DNA of 64,000 nt from Eledone cirrhosa (GCA_964016885.1 OZ024763.1:5208001-5272000), one strand, 5' to 3'; counted from the first letter of the stretch, positions 28,600-42,560 are shown. Numbers and translations: made by a program. Notes: a model not told the origin generated them from the letters alone.

Positions 28600-29106
28600 A
28601 TGCCTATTGTCCAAAGGAAGTTGGACGTAAGCCTGCGGAATTGACATGGACTGGGCAAAATCTTGCTCACCTCATGATAAACAACATGTTCCCTTGTGAT
28701 GGTTACGTCACTAAATGGGCTTATTATGTAGCTGTCCCCACCAAAGAGTTCGCTGCCTCCATATGGCGTCCAGTTGATGAGTTTAAATTCTATCTGTTAA
28801 ACAAGCAACTGATGCCAGCCACAAAGGTTGGGTTCCACGAATTTACACTACCGACACCAGTGCGTGTTGAGAAGGGAGATTTTATCGGCCTCCACTATCC
28901 AAGATCAGCTAAACAGGGAGCAATTGGTGGCTCAACGAGTGGTCGTAGTGACACACCCGCTGCTGAACTGTATGAAGTCTATTCTGGACAACTTTTTGAT
29001 GAATTGATGACAACCAACGTTGCGTTTGATATGAAGTGGCTCGGCTTCCAAAAAGGCCAAAAAACTTTTGCTATACAAGCTATCATGGATTATACTGGCA
29101 TTGATG
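28600..29106 (+). CDS. HSPG2: Perlecan-like gene, 507-nt symmetric exon encoding an uncharacterised beta-sandwich-like (DUF4082-like) domain
   Basis: Acceptor tttacttccag with cttaac branch-like motif. 169 open codons: (D)AYCPKEVGRKPAELTWTGQNLAHLMINNMFPCDGYVTKWAYY...PTPVRVEKGDFIGLHYP...AIQAIMDYTGID. Phase 1-1, weak donor atg|gtacag. The only long complex ORF in the window. Confidence 0.8.
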
Positions 29107-29450
29107 GTACAGTTTGTTTTACATAGATTATTTGTTGTCATGGCAATTGTTTTCTTTATCATATCTCTCTCTAATGGATATCACATCACTCTACATCCCT
29201 CTCTCTAATTGATATCATATCCCTCTATATCTCTCTCTCTCTAATTGATATCATATCACTCTATATCCTTCTCTCTAATTGATATCACATCACTCTATAT
29301 CCCTCTCTCTAATGGATATCACATCCCTCTATACGTCTCTCTCTCTCTCTTTCTCTCTAATGGTTTCAGTATATTTCCCTCTCTCTCTAATGGTTACCAC
29401 ACCACTCTATATATTTCTCTATCCCTCTCTCTAATGGTTATCACATCACT

Positions 29451-29496
<46 letters not shown>

Positions 29497-29923
29497 TGTA
29501 CAGTTTTTTTATATAAATTACTTTAAAAAAACAGTCATCACTATTATGTTTATCATATCACTCTTTAATGGAGATCACATTACTCTATATCTTTCTCTAA
29601 TGGATATCACATCGCTCTATATCTTTCTCTATCACTCTTTCTAATCATCATTCGAGAAAAACAGGAATAATGAGGCAGGAAGGATTGGTCAGAAGGAGAA
29701 ATTTATTGAGAGTTCATTCCTTAACATATGTTTCTGTACAATATCCATCTACATGTGCTGACTGCTCTATCGCTTGCATTTTGTAATAAATTATTACACT
29801 TCATCAGAAAGAGAAAAATTGTGATAGTCCAAGGTGAGGTCGTTGCATTTTTGCAATAAGTATTACTTACTGTTAACTCATATATAATGTATATATATAC
29901 ACATATATATATAAATATATATG

Positions 29924-29960
<37 letters not shown>

Positions 29961-30185
29961 GTATAACACTAGAATAGTGGTTATATACGCAGTAGTAGAG
30001 CCTTCCATCCATGGGACAAGTTCAGTATAAGTTAGTTCCACAACAGCTAATAAACCATTTTTGAGGACATGTGTTTCACCTCGAGGCTCTTCAAACTCGA
30101 CGATCTTAAATATCAAAATCTCATAGATTCGATATTATGTGAGATAATTATGTAAGATAAAGTGTTTATCGTGAAAATACAATAG

Positions 30186-30226
<41 letters not shown>

Positions 30227-30228
<2 letters not shown>

Positions 30229-30274
30229 TATTGTGTTTTCATGGTAAACACTTTATCTTACATAATTATCTCAC

Positions 30275-30331
<57 letters not shown>

Positions 30332-30377
30332 TATTGTGTTTTCATGGTAAACACTTTATCTTACATAATTATCTCAC

Positions 30378-30426
<49 letters not shown>

Positions 30427-30472
30427 TATTGTGTTTTCATGGTAAACACTTTATCTTACATAATTATCTCAC

Positions 30473-30522
<50 letters not shown>

Positions 30523-30569
30523 GTATTGTGTTTTCATGGTAAACACTTTATCTTACATAATTATCTCAC

Positions 30570-30572
<3 letters not shown>
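30227..30572. repeat. Four identical 51-bp units separated by variable-length (TA)n
   Basis: GGTATTGTGTTTTCATGGTAAACACTTTATCTTACATAATTATCTCACTTA at 30227, 30330, 30425 and 30522. Inverted related copy at 30140-30185. Confidence 0.9.
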
Positions 30573-30643
<71 letters not shown>

Positions 30644-30649
30644 AAATAA

Positions 30650-30880
30650 AATAAAATGTATGTCTGTTTATAGTCTATGCATTTCTACAGTTTCCCTCCG
30701 ATTTTGTTCAAATTTGATACATAGGTTATTTAGCTCCCGGAGCATGTCAACATATAGTTTTTACTTTCCCTTACAATAGCAGAGTTCTGGGGCTATTTAA
30801 AGACGGCCATTTTGAGGATAGAGGGATTTTTATTTACTGAGGTGAAATGTGTGCCCAGAAACGACAGGCTCTTTTGCTAG
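30650..30880 (+). mobile_element. Possible Helitron/Helentron-like non-autonomous fragment
   Basis: Ends with a GC-rich imperfect hairpin followed by TGCTAG|T, as at rolling-circle element 3' ends. Confidence 0.35.
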
Positions 30881-32041
30881 TATAGAATAATGTAAATGTT
30901 AAAGGGTTAAATAGTAAAAGGTTAATAATATAGACATTGTAGACAGAAGTAAGGGTGTAAGTCAGAACAAGAATGCCTGAAATAATTACTGATCAAAAGT
31001 TTAATCAAAGTAGCTATTAAGAGCAAACGGTAATTACAGTATCACTTGTTAATGTTATTACTACTCAGTAATTAAATTGTTTAAGTGTCAGTATAGGTTT
31101 AAATCTCTGTAGACCTTCCTTGCTCCTGGCTAAATATATACTGTGTCTTGTATTGTATTGTGTATGGTCCTGTATCTCCCGAGGGAGTTTGTGGGGGGTG
31201 CTGTATTGACATACAGCATTTCTATGGAAACCTGGCAGAGCCCATCTCGTCTCCAGGTCTGAATATAGCAGATTTATTCCATATATATACACATATATAT
31301 ATAGTAATAAATATTTTAATAAATATATATATATTTATTTATATATATATATATATTTAATACATTAACAGAGAAAGCTTTAAGCAATACTCCGACCGGC
31401 TTCCGTCTCACTCAACAAACATTAGGATATACCTTAGTATAATCCCAATTATACGTTTGGGGTGCTAACTATACGTATTTTGCGGATAGCCAGTTGTATT
31501 ATTTTATATGAGACATAATTAAATACACACACACACATATATATATATATAACTGTAGTTACACAACTAACACACACACACACACACACATATATATAAA
31601 TATAAAGATACCTGATTTCTTCCAGAAAAGGTTATATATATATGTGTGTGTGAGGGAGGGAATGGAAGTGAGAAAGAAATACAGAAGAAGAATCGACCCC
31701 AGTACTTGACTGGTTGTTTTTTTTATCAACCTTGAAATAGATAAAAGACAAAGTTGACCTGTACTGCGTAGAGTAGGATTCAATTTTTAATTCTTAGTTT
31801 TATTTAACTTCAGCTCGGTTTCATTAAGTTATGTAAGACATAAACAAATGTCACATGATCTCGTTATTGTCTTGGATAAATATGAAATATTGTGTTTAAT
31901 TAAGGAATCAATTTATAGCAACATATTGTTTGACGAATTTACCATACATTTGTGTAATTATGCACATTGTTAATTGTTTAATTAACTCTTCAGATACATA
32001 AAAAAATAATTGCCCGGAACCACACCTGATACAATAAGCCA

Positions 32042-32652
32042 CAGTAGCGTATATTTTCATCATTATATCATAACACTTCCCAGTACGGTATATTTTCATT
32101 GTTATATCATAACACTCCACAGTACGGTATATTTTCATTGTTATATCATAACACTTCCCAGTACGGTATATTTTCATCATTATATCATAACACTTCCCAG
32201 TACGGTATATTTTCATTGTTATATCATAACACTCCACAGTACGGTATATTTTCATTGTTATATCATAACACTCCACAGTACGGTATATTTTCATTGTTAT
32301 ATCATAACACTTCCCAGTACGGTATATTTTCATTGTTATATCATAACACTTCCCAGTACGGTATATTTTCATTGTTATATCATAACACTTCCCAGTACGG
32401 TATATTTTCATTGTTATATCATAACACTTCCCAGTACGGTATATTTTCATCATTATATCATAACACTCCTCAGTACCATATATTTTCATTGTTATATCAT
32501 AACACTTCCCAGTACGGTATATTTTCATCATTATATCATAACACTCCTCAGTACCATATATTTTCATTGTTATATCATAACACTCCGCAGTACGGTATAT
32601 TTTCATTGTTATATCATAACACTCCGCAGTACGGTATATTTTCATCATTATA
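32042..32652. repeat. 39-bp minisatellite, about 15 copies
   Basis: Unit CAGTACGGTATATTTTCATTGTTATATCATAACACTTCC with variants. Confidence 0.95.
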
Positions 32653-34540
32653 TAACGTTTATATTTCTGTCACTAATCTCATTTTCTCCTTTTTCGTTTT
32701 CATAACATTTCACTGTAATGCCATTTATATATAATATCTTTTTAAATGTATCATGGATTACTTTACTGATTACGGAAGAAAGTGTAACAGTCTTTGTTCA
32801 ATTTCTGTGGATATTGTCAATTTACTTTTCAATTTACGTATCATATCTACATGCACTCTACACATGCTAGCAGAAAACCGCTCGGAAGGCAGTTTTCTGC
32901 TAGTAAATAATAATAATAATAATAATTGATTTATTGCAATCTACTTATAATGTATTTTACTTGTATCACAGTTTGGCACTATTGCACATCTGTTGTATCT
33001 GTTTACATCTGTTGTATCTGGCTCTTTAATACATCACAAATTCAACCTTTTGTGACTGACCCCCACATAGCTTCTGTCGGTTGCAGTTCTTCTTTGGTTT
33101 TCTGTGAATTCAACACAGCTCGAACTAACTGGACTATTAATAATAATAATAATGATAATAATAATGTGTCATTCCAATACACTTTTTCTATCAATTGGCC
33201 TCTGGCATGGCTAAACAGTTCAACGGTTTTTTTGTGATTTTTTTATTTTTTTTATTTTTGGTTTCACTCACTGATTAGTTTTTTCTTTTTTTCCTTATTA
33301 GCTTTCTGATTCTACCTGTATTAAATGTTACACTAACTTAACTATTGTTTTTTCATGCAGATGGCATCGGAGAGTAATTTATACCTCAGTTCATTATGTC
33401 TTTCTATAAGGCAGTGAATTGGCAGAGTCATTAGAATGTCAGATAGAAAGCTTTGTGGTATTCAGTTCGACTTTCTGCTGCCCTCTGAGTTTACAAAACA
33501 TCGAGGTCAACTTTGCCTTACATCCCTAGAAATATATTCTTCTTTGCTCATTTTATTCCTGAGAGGGTGTGGGGTCAGAGACCCATGGGTAGACCCTGAG
33601 CAAATTGGCTGGATAACAACCATGAGCTTGGCTGGTCTCACTTGGAGATCCAGCTGGATCAGTTGGAGATGATTGCTTCTGACAGGACCCACTGGAAGTA
33701 GTGTTTGAGGTCTCTACGTCAGCGACCCTCTCAGGAATAAATGGGAGAAGTAGGAGTTCACTTTACATTTGGCATTTATTTCTTTGGGAGTCAAAATCTT
33801 TTGAGTTTCTGTGGAATTGTGTGATATCCAGGTATTTTCTTGAATTGTGATCATTGTGGGTGTATCTTCAGTCAGAATATCTTTTATATGATCTTTTGGA
33901 AGCTATCCTCATTTTCACCTGTTTATAATCTTTGGGTGTGTTTGTAAATCATTTTCTCGGTGTACTTTTTGAGTGGGTGAGTGGGGGTAAAAAATAATTT
34001 TCCTCAAGATATTTTCAAAGCTGAAGATGTCTAGAATTTCTGTTTAGAATTTCTCCTCTCTAAGCAAGCTTTAGATGTGTTTTTTAATCTTATCTATAAG
34101 TAACTTTTGGATCATTTCCAAGAATTTCATCTCAATTTCGATGTTTAGGACTTAACAAATAGGAATATTTTTTTTATGACTATCAAAAAAAAAAAAAATC
34201 AAGAAAAACACATCAGCTAATACATATGGTTATCAAAAAAAAAAAGAAGAAAAATCAATTATTTATAAAGATTATCAAAAGATTGTGTCATAGATTAGGA
34301 TTATCTCAAGTTCTTCATACTTCTATGAGTGTAAATATTTGGCTACTAGAGGTCACTGGGGCATTTTACAAGATAGCGCAGTTTAGAGTTGTCTATATCT
34401 CAACATTACCTTGATTTAACTTATTGAATCATATATATATAAATTATATATTTTTGATCCTATCAAAATTTCAAGTGAAAATTATATAAATTGCTCTTTA
34501 CAGGCAAATATATATTTTAAAACACCATTGATGGTCAAAA

Positions 34541-35138
34541 TATATTTATTTCTATATACCCAGAATATATTTCTACCTACCCAGAATATATTTCTATATA
34601 CCCAGAATATATTTCTATATACCCAGAATATATTTCTACCTACCCAGAATATATTTCTACCTACCCAGAATATATTTCTACCTACCCAGAATATATTTCT
34701 ACCTACCCAGAATATATTTCTACCTACCCAGAATATATTTCTATATACCCAGAATATATTTCTATATACCCAGAATATATTTCTATATACCCAGAATATA
34801 TTTCTATATACCCAGAATATATTTCTACCTACCCAGAATATATTTCTATATACCCAGAATATATTTCTATATACCCAGAATATATTTCTACCTACCCAGA
34901 ATATATTTCTACCTACCCAGAATATATTTCTACCTACCCAGAATATATTTCTACCTACCCAGAATATATTTCTATATACCCAGAATATATTTCTACCTAC
35001 CCAGAATATATTTCTACCTACCCAGAATATATTTCTATATACCCAGAATATATTTCTACCTACCCAGAATATATTTCTATATACCCAGAATATATTTCTA
35101 TATACCCAGAATATATTTATATATACCCAGAATATATT
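34541..35138. repeat. 21-bp minisatellite, about 28 copies of two variants
   Basis: ACCCAGAATATATTTCT followed by ACCT or ATAT. Confidence 0.95.
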
Positions 35139-35379
35139 CATCTTATCAGTCATTATTACAATTTCATCATTTTCCGCACCCCCCCCTCTCTCTCTCTCTC
35201 TCCCCCTCTCTCTCACAGTATGAGTGTGTGTGTGTGTTTGTGTATAATTTTCTCTCTCTTTCTCCCACTCTGTTTGTGTGTGTGTGTGTTTCTGTGAGTT
35301 TGTGATTCTGTGTGTAATCCTCTCTCTCTTTTCCTTTCTGTTTATATATATGTGTGTGTATGTGTGTGCATACATTTGC

Positions 35380-35428
<49 letters not shown>

Positions 35429-36245
35429 TGTGTGTTTCTGTGTGTGTCTCTCTCTTTCATTGTTGGAGATATCAATAAATATTGCAATCATTTATTTTGT
35501 GACATATAAAGCAAAGGTTCTTTTGGCCAAATGTGGCTACATGATCACCCACATGTAGCTACAGAATTGACTCCCATGTGGTTAATAAGGGTCGGCCACA
35601 TGCGGCTACAGGATCGACCACATGTGGCTACAGGATCAGTCACATGTGGCCACAGGGTTGGCTCGAGCGCCACATGTGAATGTAAAGAGAAGCCATGTAT
35701 GTTCTCGACTACATTAACATTTAAGCTAAAACAACATCATGCAGGCCCTATGATAAGCTTCTCCATTTTTCTATTTTTCCCTATTGGCTGCTTCTACCCT
35801 CTCACCAAAACCCCAAGGCTCTTATTACATTCCCAATCATTTTTTTTTTCAAGCTATGATCTCTTTCTTGGTCTTCCGCTTCATCTACTTCGTTCCACAT
35901 CCATCACTCCTCTCACTGACACATTGCTTTCCTTTCCTTTCCTTTCAATTTTTCATTTTCATTAGAATTATTAATAAATATTGTTACTATTTATATTGTG
36001 ACATATAATGTATAAACAATTTAAACAAATTAAAAAGGCCCTTTATCATGTTCAACCCTTTTGATACCAGCCTGGTCAAACCTGGTCTAAAATGGCTCTA
36101 TAAAATAAATCCACTCATTTTAAAAAGTTCCTATTTAAATTGAAATCTTCCAACATAATTTTGTATTAAAAAAATCATATATTGAAAAAAAAAATCAAAT
36201 TATTGAAGCACTATATTGATCCTATACATATGTAAGATTATATAT

Positions 36246-36604
36246 ATTAGATATGTGTATATATTTATATACACGTCAGTGCAGTCTTGGTTACTCACTC
36301 TGTATTTATAGAGATATAATATTATTATATAATATCATACATTAGATATGTGTATATATTTATATACACACCAGTGCAGTCTTGGTTACCCACTCTGTAT
36401 TTATAGAGATATAATATTATTATATAATATCATACATTAGATATGTGTATATATTTATATACACACCAGTGCAGTCTTGGTTACCCACTCTGTATTTATA
36501 GAGATATAATATTATTATATAATATCATACATTAGATAAGTGTATATATTTATACACACACCGGTGCAGTCTCTGTTACCCACTCTGTATATATAGAGAT
36601 ATAA
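36246..36604. repeat. 95-bp tandem repeat, about 3.8 copies
   Basis: Units start at 36246, 36341, 36436 and 36531. Confidence 0.9.
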
Positions 36605-36804
36605 CTTTGTTATAGATTTATTATATATAAAACCTCATTATCTCATTGAAGGAGTTATCAATAAACGTTCCAATCCAATCCAGGGCCTTCTCACTCTTGT
36701 TGAAGGAATTCCCACCTGATTGACCTCCACCATTTTGTTTGGTTTTGGTCATGTCTTCAGGGGTGTAGCTATACTCACCATGATTGGCCAATTGCGGGTT
36801 GATG

Positions 36805-37280
36805 AGGCTTTGCTTTTTATCCTTACAGGGTGGATAAAATAAAGTACCAGTAATCATCTTTCCCCTCCCCTAAAATTGTTGGTCATGTGCCTAAATCAGA
36901 AACCATTATTATTACATCCCTTGGATGTAATAATAATGCAAAGGCGGTGGATTGGCAGTATTGCTTTGATGCATAGAGTTACGGCCCTTGCCATTCTGAG
37001 TTCAAATCCCGCCGAGGTTTACTTTGCCTTTCATCCTTACGGGGTCGATAAAATAAAGTACCAGTAATGTACTGAGTAATTGCTGGCCTTCTGCCAAAAG
37101 TAGAAACAATTATTATTACATCCCTTTACATTCCGAGTTCAAATCCCACTGAGGTTCGCTTTACCTTTCATCCTTACGGGGTCGATAAAATAAAGTACCA
37201 GTAATGCACTGGGGTCGATTTAATCGACTTTCCTCCTTCAACCCAAAATTGTTGGCTTTGTGCCTAAATTAGAAACTTCA
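36805..37280 (+). mobile_element. Cluster of three SINE family B copies or fragments just upstream of LDLa exon 1
   Basis: Three successive ATCCTTAC..GG..GATAAAATAAAGTACCAG cores. Confidence 0.75.
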
Positions 37281-37329
37281 TATATGACCTTACTGACATT
37301 GCTTTCTCATTCCAATCTCACTCACCAAG

Positions 37330-37461
37330 GCCCCGATGTGCCAGATTCTGTGACCTGCGCTCCCGATGAATTCAGGTGTCGTAGTGGTGTTTGTATTCAA
37401 CAAAGGTATTATTGTGATCATGAAATCGACTGTTCTGATGGATCCGATGAAGAAGACTGTC
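37330..37461 (+). CDS. HSPG2: LDL-receptor class A repeat 1
   Basis: (G)[43 protein letters not shown]: six Cys plus DxSDE. Acceptor caag (an in-frame alternative ccag ends at 37344), donor c|gtaagt, phase 1-1. Confidence 0.93.
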
Positions 37462-37497
37462 GTAAGTAATCTAAATATTATGTCATCTTTCTCTTGA

Positions 37498-37556
<59 letters not shown>

Positions 37557-37887
37557 CATAGGGTTTATGGTGTTGGTCCAAGCAATGTCATGTAGTCTTC
37601 TATCATTCTTTCTCCTGAATTGTGTGCAGAGAAAATCCACATAGTACATAGACATTGCAGACATATATTCTCCAGTATCATTTCTCAGTCACTCTTTTAA
37701 TCTTGAGAACACTGTCAATGGATGTAATGCACGGTTCCAGCTATTGCTGTAAAGTATTAGCAGAGAAAATTCACATATATGACAGGACATAAACAATGCA
37801 GAAATATTCATCATATTCACAGGAGTCATTCACAATCATTCTTTCAATCATAAGAATTCCTCAAGAATAAAAGAATGAATTATATTA

Positions 37888-38193
37888 TTACGATCTGAGT
37901 TCAAATCCCGCCGAGGTTGACTTTGCCTTTCATCCTTGCGGGGTCGATAAAATAAAGTACCAGTAATGTACTGGGTAATTGCTGGCCTTGTGCCAAAGGT
38001 AGAAACAATTATATTATATTATATTATATTATATTATATTATATTATATTATATTATATTATATTATATTATATTATATATTATATTATATTATATTATT
38101 GTTTCTAGTTTTGGCACAAGGTCAGCAATTACCCAGTACATTACTGGTACTTTATTTTATCGACCCCGTAAGGATGAAAGGCAAAGTTGACCT
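37888..38193. mobile_element. Tail-to-tail inverted pair of SINE family B fragments
   Basis: Plus copy 37888-38010 and minus copy 38098-38193, separated by (TATAT)n. Confidence 0.8.
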
Positions 38194-38665
38194 CTCACCC
38201 TTATGAGGTCGATAAATATTATAATATAATATAGTATATTATATTATAATATATTAATACCAGTATTATAATATATTAAGTACCAGTAATGCACTGGGTA
38301 ATTGTGCACTACTGGTACTTAATATATTATGTGCCTAAAGTAGAAATAATTATATAATAATATATTATATTATAATATAGTATATTATATTATATTATAT
38401 TATATATTATATTATAGAATATATTATATTATATTTATTTCATTATATTATAAATTATATTATACTCGGATTTTTTTAACACGCAGGCGTGTATGTGTAT
38501 ATAAGTGTGTAAATGAGTGTGTGTATGTGCATATGCATACATTTATATGTATGAGTATATAAATATAAACGCGCAAACAAACAATTACAAAAATACACAC
38601 TCACAAACACACATTCACACAAATGTATGTATAGATTATAAATATAACGTTTATCTCTTTGACAG

Positions 38666-38776
38666 CCACACGTTGTAGGGTGGATGAGTTCAGATGCAGG
38701 AGCGGACAATGTATCCCATACACAAAGTACTGTAACCGTATCCACGATTGTCCCGATGGAAGTGATGAAGAATGTC
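38666..38776 (+). CDS. HSPG2: LDL-receptor class A repeat 2
   Basis: (P)[36 protein letters not shown]. Acceptor tttgacag, donor c|gtaagt, 111 nt, phase 1-1. Confidence 0.93.
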
Positions 38777-39088
38777 GTAAGTATTGGAACTTATATGTTC
38801 CCCTGATATTTTTCTAATAACCATTTAATTTTGACAATGTGAGAGCACCAAATAGAGAAATGTACATGGCTGAGTGGTTAGAGAATTGGATTTGCAATCA
38901 TGAAGTTCAATTCCCGGACTGGGTGATGAGTTATGTCCTTGAGCAAGACACTTTATTTCATGTTGCTCCTTCTACCTGCAGTTGCGACCGATAGATAGTA
39001 TTAGCAATTGGAAAGACCAACGGAAACATCGTTTTCTCGGTCTGATTTGACGAAAGTCTATCGTTCCTTTATATATATATATATATAT

Positions 39089-39433
39089 GGAGGCACATGG
39101 CTTAGTGGTTAGAGCATTGGCCTTGCAGTCGAAAGGTTGTGAGTTCAATTCTCAGACCGGGTGATGTGTTGTTTCCTTGAGCAAGACACTTTATTTCACA
39201 TTGCTCCAGTTTACTCAGCTGTAGAAATGAGATGATAGGGACAGGGGTCCCTATCATTCCACTGCAAAGTGGTCGTGGAGGTGCCACGGCAAAAAAGCAC
39301 CCAGCACTCACTGTAAATGAGGTTGGTGTTAGGAAGGGCATCCAGCTGTAGAAATCAAGCCAAAATCAGTTCCCGTCCCACCCTTGCAAGCAGGGAAAAA
39401 GCGGACGTAAAATGAAATGAAAAATGAAAATGA
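39089..39433 (+). mobile_element. tRNA-derived SINE, family A
   Basis: Near-identical to 1424-1766 and 61861-62190. Confidence 0.85.
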
Positions 39434-40103
39434 TATAAATAATCAATATTCTTTTTATGATAATTTACTCATTGTTATTTTGCAATGAAATAATACTTCA
39501 AGAGTTCTGGGTCCATACCATGAGGTGTAAATATATATCATTAAAAAAATTCAGTTAAAAACTCCCCAGTGTTTTTGTCGATTCAATTATCTTTGTGGTA
39601 TTTGTTCTGCACCGAGTTTCACAGACAATCCCTTGTCAATCTCACCTTCAGAAAGGCAGTGAACCATCAACTGGCTCATTGAATAACTTTAACCAACAGC
39701 ACCATTGTTGAGTAAATGTGATATAAGTTATAGTACAGACATATTGAAAGACAAATTTAATAGTGCAGAAAGTGAAAACATTATTTCTGCAGTGATTTCA
39801 TGATAAAGAAAAGACCAAATAATATTATATTGTTAAAGGTGATCGCGCCATATTTTAAATATCGTATGATGTCGGCCTTCATACGATTTCCATGCATCAT
39901 CATCATCATCATTATCAATATTTTATGTTCGTTGTTCCACACTGGCATGGGTTGGACGGGTATTTCTCACTGCAGCAGCTCTCCACTTGTCATGTTCCTT
40001 TGTCATCTCCTTCAGGACAATCTTTAGTAATCTGAGAACAGCTTTTACCATATATATATGTGGTTACCCCCAATTGAACCCAGGATAAACTTGTATGTAT
40101 GTA

Positions 40104-40273
<170 letters not shown>

Positions 40274-40278
40274 GTTAG

Positions 40279-40713
40279 ACATGGCTTAGTGGTTAGAGCA
40301 TTGGCCTTGCAATCGAAAGGTTGTGAGTTCAATTCTCAGACCGGGTAATATGTTGTTTCCTTGAGCAAAACACTTTATTTCACATTGCTCCAGTTTACTC
40401 AGCTGTAGAAATGAGTTGATAGGGACTGGAGTCCCTATCATTCCACTGCAAAGTGGTCGTGGAGGTGTCACGGCAAAAAAGCACCCAGCCCACACTGCAA
40501 AGTGGTCGTGGAGGTGCCACGGCAAAAAAGCACCCAGCACTCACTGTAAATGAGGTTGGTGTTAGGAAGGGCATCCAGCTGTAGAAATCAAGCCAGAATC
40601 AGTTCCTGTATGAGCAAGACAAGGTCAGCCAACTGGACACTGCCCACAACAGGACAACCCATCTAACCCATGCTAGCATGGAAGAACGGACATAAAACGG
40701 TGATGATGATGAT
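40279..40713 (+). mobile_element. SINE family A copy with an internal ~48-bp duplication and an alternative 3' tail
   Basis: Same head and body. CACTGCAAAGTGGTCGTGGAGGTG...GCACCCAGC occurs twice. Its tail is shared with 42870-42990 and 48712-48830 (minus). Confidence 0.8.
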
Positions 40714-41216
40714 AAAACAAATTTAATATAGAAATGGCTTCTACAGGGCTAGAACTGTTTCATTTGAAGGAGATCATCAGGAAAGGGCTTTCCTGACGAT
40801 CTCCTTCAGTTAAAATGAGAAACAAATATATTCAATATACATTGTCTGACAATGTCATGAATAAAACTGACCTTATATAAAAAAAAAATAATAATAATTG
40901 GGCAATAACTAACAACAAAACAAAACAAGGAAGAAAAAGTAGGAAATAAAAATAAGAAAAAAAAAAGAAAAACCAACCAAACAATGAAGGAAAAAGAAAG
41001 GGGGAGAGATAGACATTATAACCCAGCCAAAGAAGTGTATATATTAAATTAAAATTTTATGTTTACTTCAATAGTTGTTGGTCTGGTGAGTCACACTGGA
41101 TTTCTTTAACAAAGAGACTATCAAAAGAGATTTTGCATAAATTAGGACGAAATGAACAACAGTAAAAAATAAATAATGCTAAAAAAAATAGGTATATGAC
41201 TTGTAAACTTAGTGTT

Positions 41217-41229
<13 letters not shown>

Positions 41230-41261
<32 letters not shown>

Positions 41262-41320
41262 ATGTGTGTGCGCGTGTATATATATATGTGTATGTGTGTA
41301 TATATATATGTGTGTGTGTG

Positions 41321-41375
<55 letters not shown>

Positions 41376-41571
41376 ATATATTTTATATATATATATATAT
41401 ATGTATGTGTATATATATGTATATATGTATGTATGTGTATATATATGTATATATATATATATATATGTATGTGTATATATATGTATATATATATATGTAT
41501 GTGTATATATATATATATATATATATGTGTATATATATGTGTATATATATATATGTATGTGTATATATATG

Positions 41572-41602
<31 letters not shown>

Positions 41603-41863
41603 ATATATATGTATATATATGTATATATATGTATATGTGTGTGTGTATATATATGTATATATATGTATATATATGTATATGTGTCTGTGTATATATATGT
41701 ATATATATGTATATATATGTATATGTGTCTGTGTATATATATGTATACATATATTATATAATGGATGTTAAACGATGATGATGATATATGTATTTATATA
41801 TATTTATATATATTTATATATATATTTATATATATATATATCTATCAGGTGAGGTGATATATG

Positions 41864-41903
<40 letters not shown>

Positions 41904-42047
41904 GTGAGGTGATATATTTATCTATGTATCACCTGATTCCCCTGGTATAATTCTTTGACGTAATATACACACACATGTACACCTGCGTGTTTATATTATG
42001 CATGTATGTATATGAAGGATTCTCCTGCCAATCTCAACACATAAGTT

Positions 42048-42083
<36 letters not shown>

Positions 42084-42130
42084 TAAATATATACATACAT
42101 ATACATATATATATAAATGTATATATATGC

Positions 42131-42161
<31 letters not shown>

Positions 42162-42323
42162 TATATGTATGTGTGTGTGCATATGTATGTCTATGTATAT
42201 ATATGTATCATCATCATCATTTAACATCCGTTCTCCCTGGTACCAAGTATATATGTATATATATATATATATGTGTGTGTGTATATATATATATACACCT
42301 GTGTGTATATATATTTATATATG

Positions 42324-42385
<62 letters not shown>

Positions 42386-42462
42386 ACGTATGTACATCTG
42401 TGTACATAGGTGTTTATATATATTTGACTGTGCATGTATGTCTATCTGTATACATAAGTGTT

Positions 42463-42493
<31 letters not shown>

Positions 42494-42560
42494 GTACATA
42501 AGGAGTTTATATATATGTATGTATGTGTACATAAGTGTTTATATATGTGTGTGTGTGTAA
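41230..42560. repeat. (TA/TG/CA)n microsatellite region
   Basis: Direct inspection. Confidence 0.9.

Noticed and set aside
30227-30572. CRISPR-like repeat-spacer pattern; the 45-, 39-, 31- and 89-bp arrays were also considered
   Set aside because: Spacers are plain (TA)n or absent, there are no cas genes, and the DNA is eukaryotic intron.
31908-35381. Repetitive ORFs (MKIYRTGKCYDIT and NIFWVYR types)
   Set aside because: 39-bp and 21-bp minisatellites whose unit lengths are multiples of 3.
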